Notes under the pieces: generated by a model | Told to the model about the DNA's origin: nothing | The model's database searches: none | What the model saw: the letters and a program-made list of their open reading frames with translations, nothing else | Origin: Lingula anatina | Lineage: Eukaryota > Animalia > Brachiopoda | Direction: 5' to 3' | Assembly: GCA_051362555.1 (NCBI GenBank) | Contig: CM120647.1 | Span: forward strand, 496,001-560,000 | DNA: 64,000 nucleotides | In this document: in pieces, positions 63,031 to 64,000 of the stretch | Numbering within the stretch: the stretch's first letter is position 1 | How the letters are laid out: every line of letters starts with the position of its first letter | Program-made: the position numbers and the translations under genes

Positions 63031-64000
63031 TTTCCTTGACAAATAAAGTCATTCATAGCATTTTGGTGAAAAAAAAAAAAGAAGAAAAAAACTCTCCAAA
63101 GCTACTATGAAAAGTGCTGGTGTGGAGGATAAGGTCATAAGTAACAAAACAAGGGTGTGTGTGATGAAGACTTTTATTTTACTTTTTATGCAAAATAGAC
63201 ATAAAAGGGGACATTTACACAACAATTTTGGTTGTACAAAATGTACTTTTATGCCCATTAGAGGGGGTTGGGTCAAGCCACCCTTATGTGTAGATGTCTA
63301 TTACAGCATGGGTCTCTATATAAAGATACCGTACTAGGATTAAGAATGTGTACATTTACCCCGTGGACAATTTGAAGATTACACTGCGATTAATGCGGTG
63401 GAAAATACAATAGAGAGAGTGTATAATGATAGGGTCGCTAAATGATTGTTGACGGCATATAGTAACTAGCCTAATCCCCTGGTCGCCTGGGTAGCCACGC
63501 CCCCTTAGAGTACTTATGTAAACAAACGGTCTCCCGTAGCGAACTATCCTTTTGTTCAACAGCTTCGCGCGTGCAGCTGATTATGTATGTAGTGACGTGA
63601 CACTATAGCTAACTGCATATAAATTTGTGCTAACTGTTATTTGATTCATTCTGCTGTGTCGGATGTTGTGGATCAGCCCACTGGTTCGTTGACTTATGTT
63701 TTTCTGAAGATTGGTGGTGCAGATTTTGAGTGCTTAATTATTTACCCTCCTTCTAACAAGAGAAAGGGGAAGGGAGATAAAAAGAGAGAGTGTTAAATGA
63801 AACGGGTAATGAGTAATACATTACATTAAATAAAGGGACTCGCGGTGGAAGAAACGATAGACTGTTTTGCATCAAGGTATGCCATTATAATCCGACATGG
63901 CCCATAACATGATCCATAACATGACTCATTGTTGTATGCCTTATATTTGTGCCGACTTATATTTTACTCTCGTTCATTTCGTGAAACTATTTCCTTGAAT

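Overview
AT-rich, intron- and transposon-rich animal genomic DNA. The repeat families look lophotrochozoan/mollusc-like; the species cannot be fixed from the sequence. 0.2-12.6 kb: a multi-exon gamma-syntrophin gene (+). Many of its exon edges are echoed by tandem partial copies, and two Helentron-type (HINE) elements with a 146-bp satellite sit upstream of the PDZ exon. 16.2-23.0 kb: a complete six-exon pyrroline-5-carboxylate reductase gene (-), convergent with syntrophin. 23.5-46.4 kb: a nest of transposons. It holds two EnSpm/CACTA-like copies rearranged into a large palindrome, an RTEX-like LINE, a young three-LTR non-autonomous retroelement with an orphan acidic ORF, an Academ-like element, a near-complete BEL/Pao retrotransposon, a HINE and MITEs. 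47.5-49.5 kb: a 134-bp satellite. 49.7-59.5 kb: the most notable locus, an orphan gene built from a tandemly duplicated, in-frame fused module [DZIP3-like HEPN with intact R-x5-H motif / coiled coil / S-T-P linker / TRADD-N-like / second alpha-beta domain] x2. It is a candidate animal innate-immune ribonuclease with two HEPN domains in one chain. Domain and family calls are from motif recognition by eye, not from database searches.
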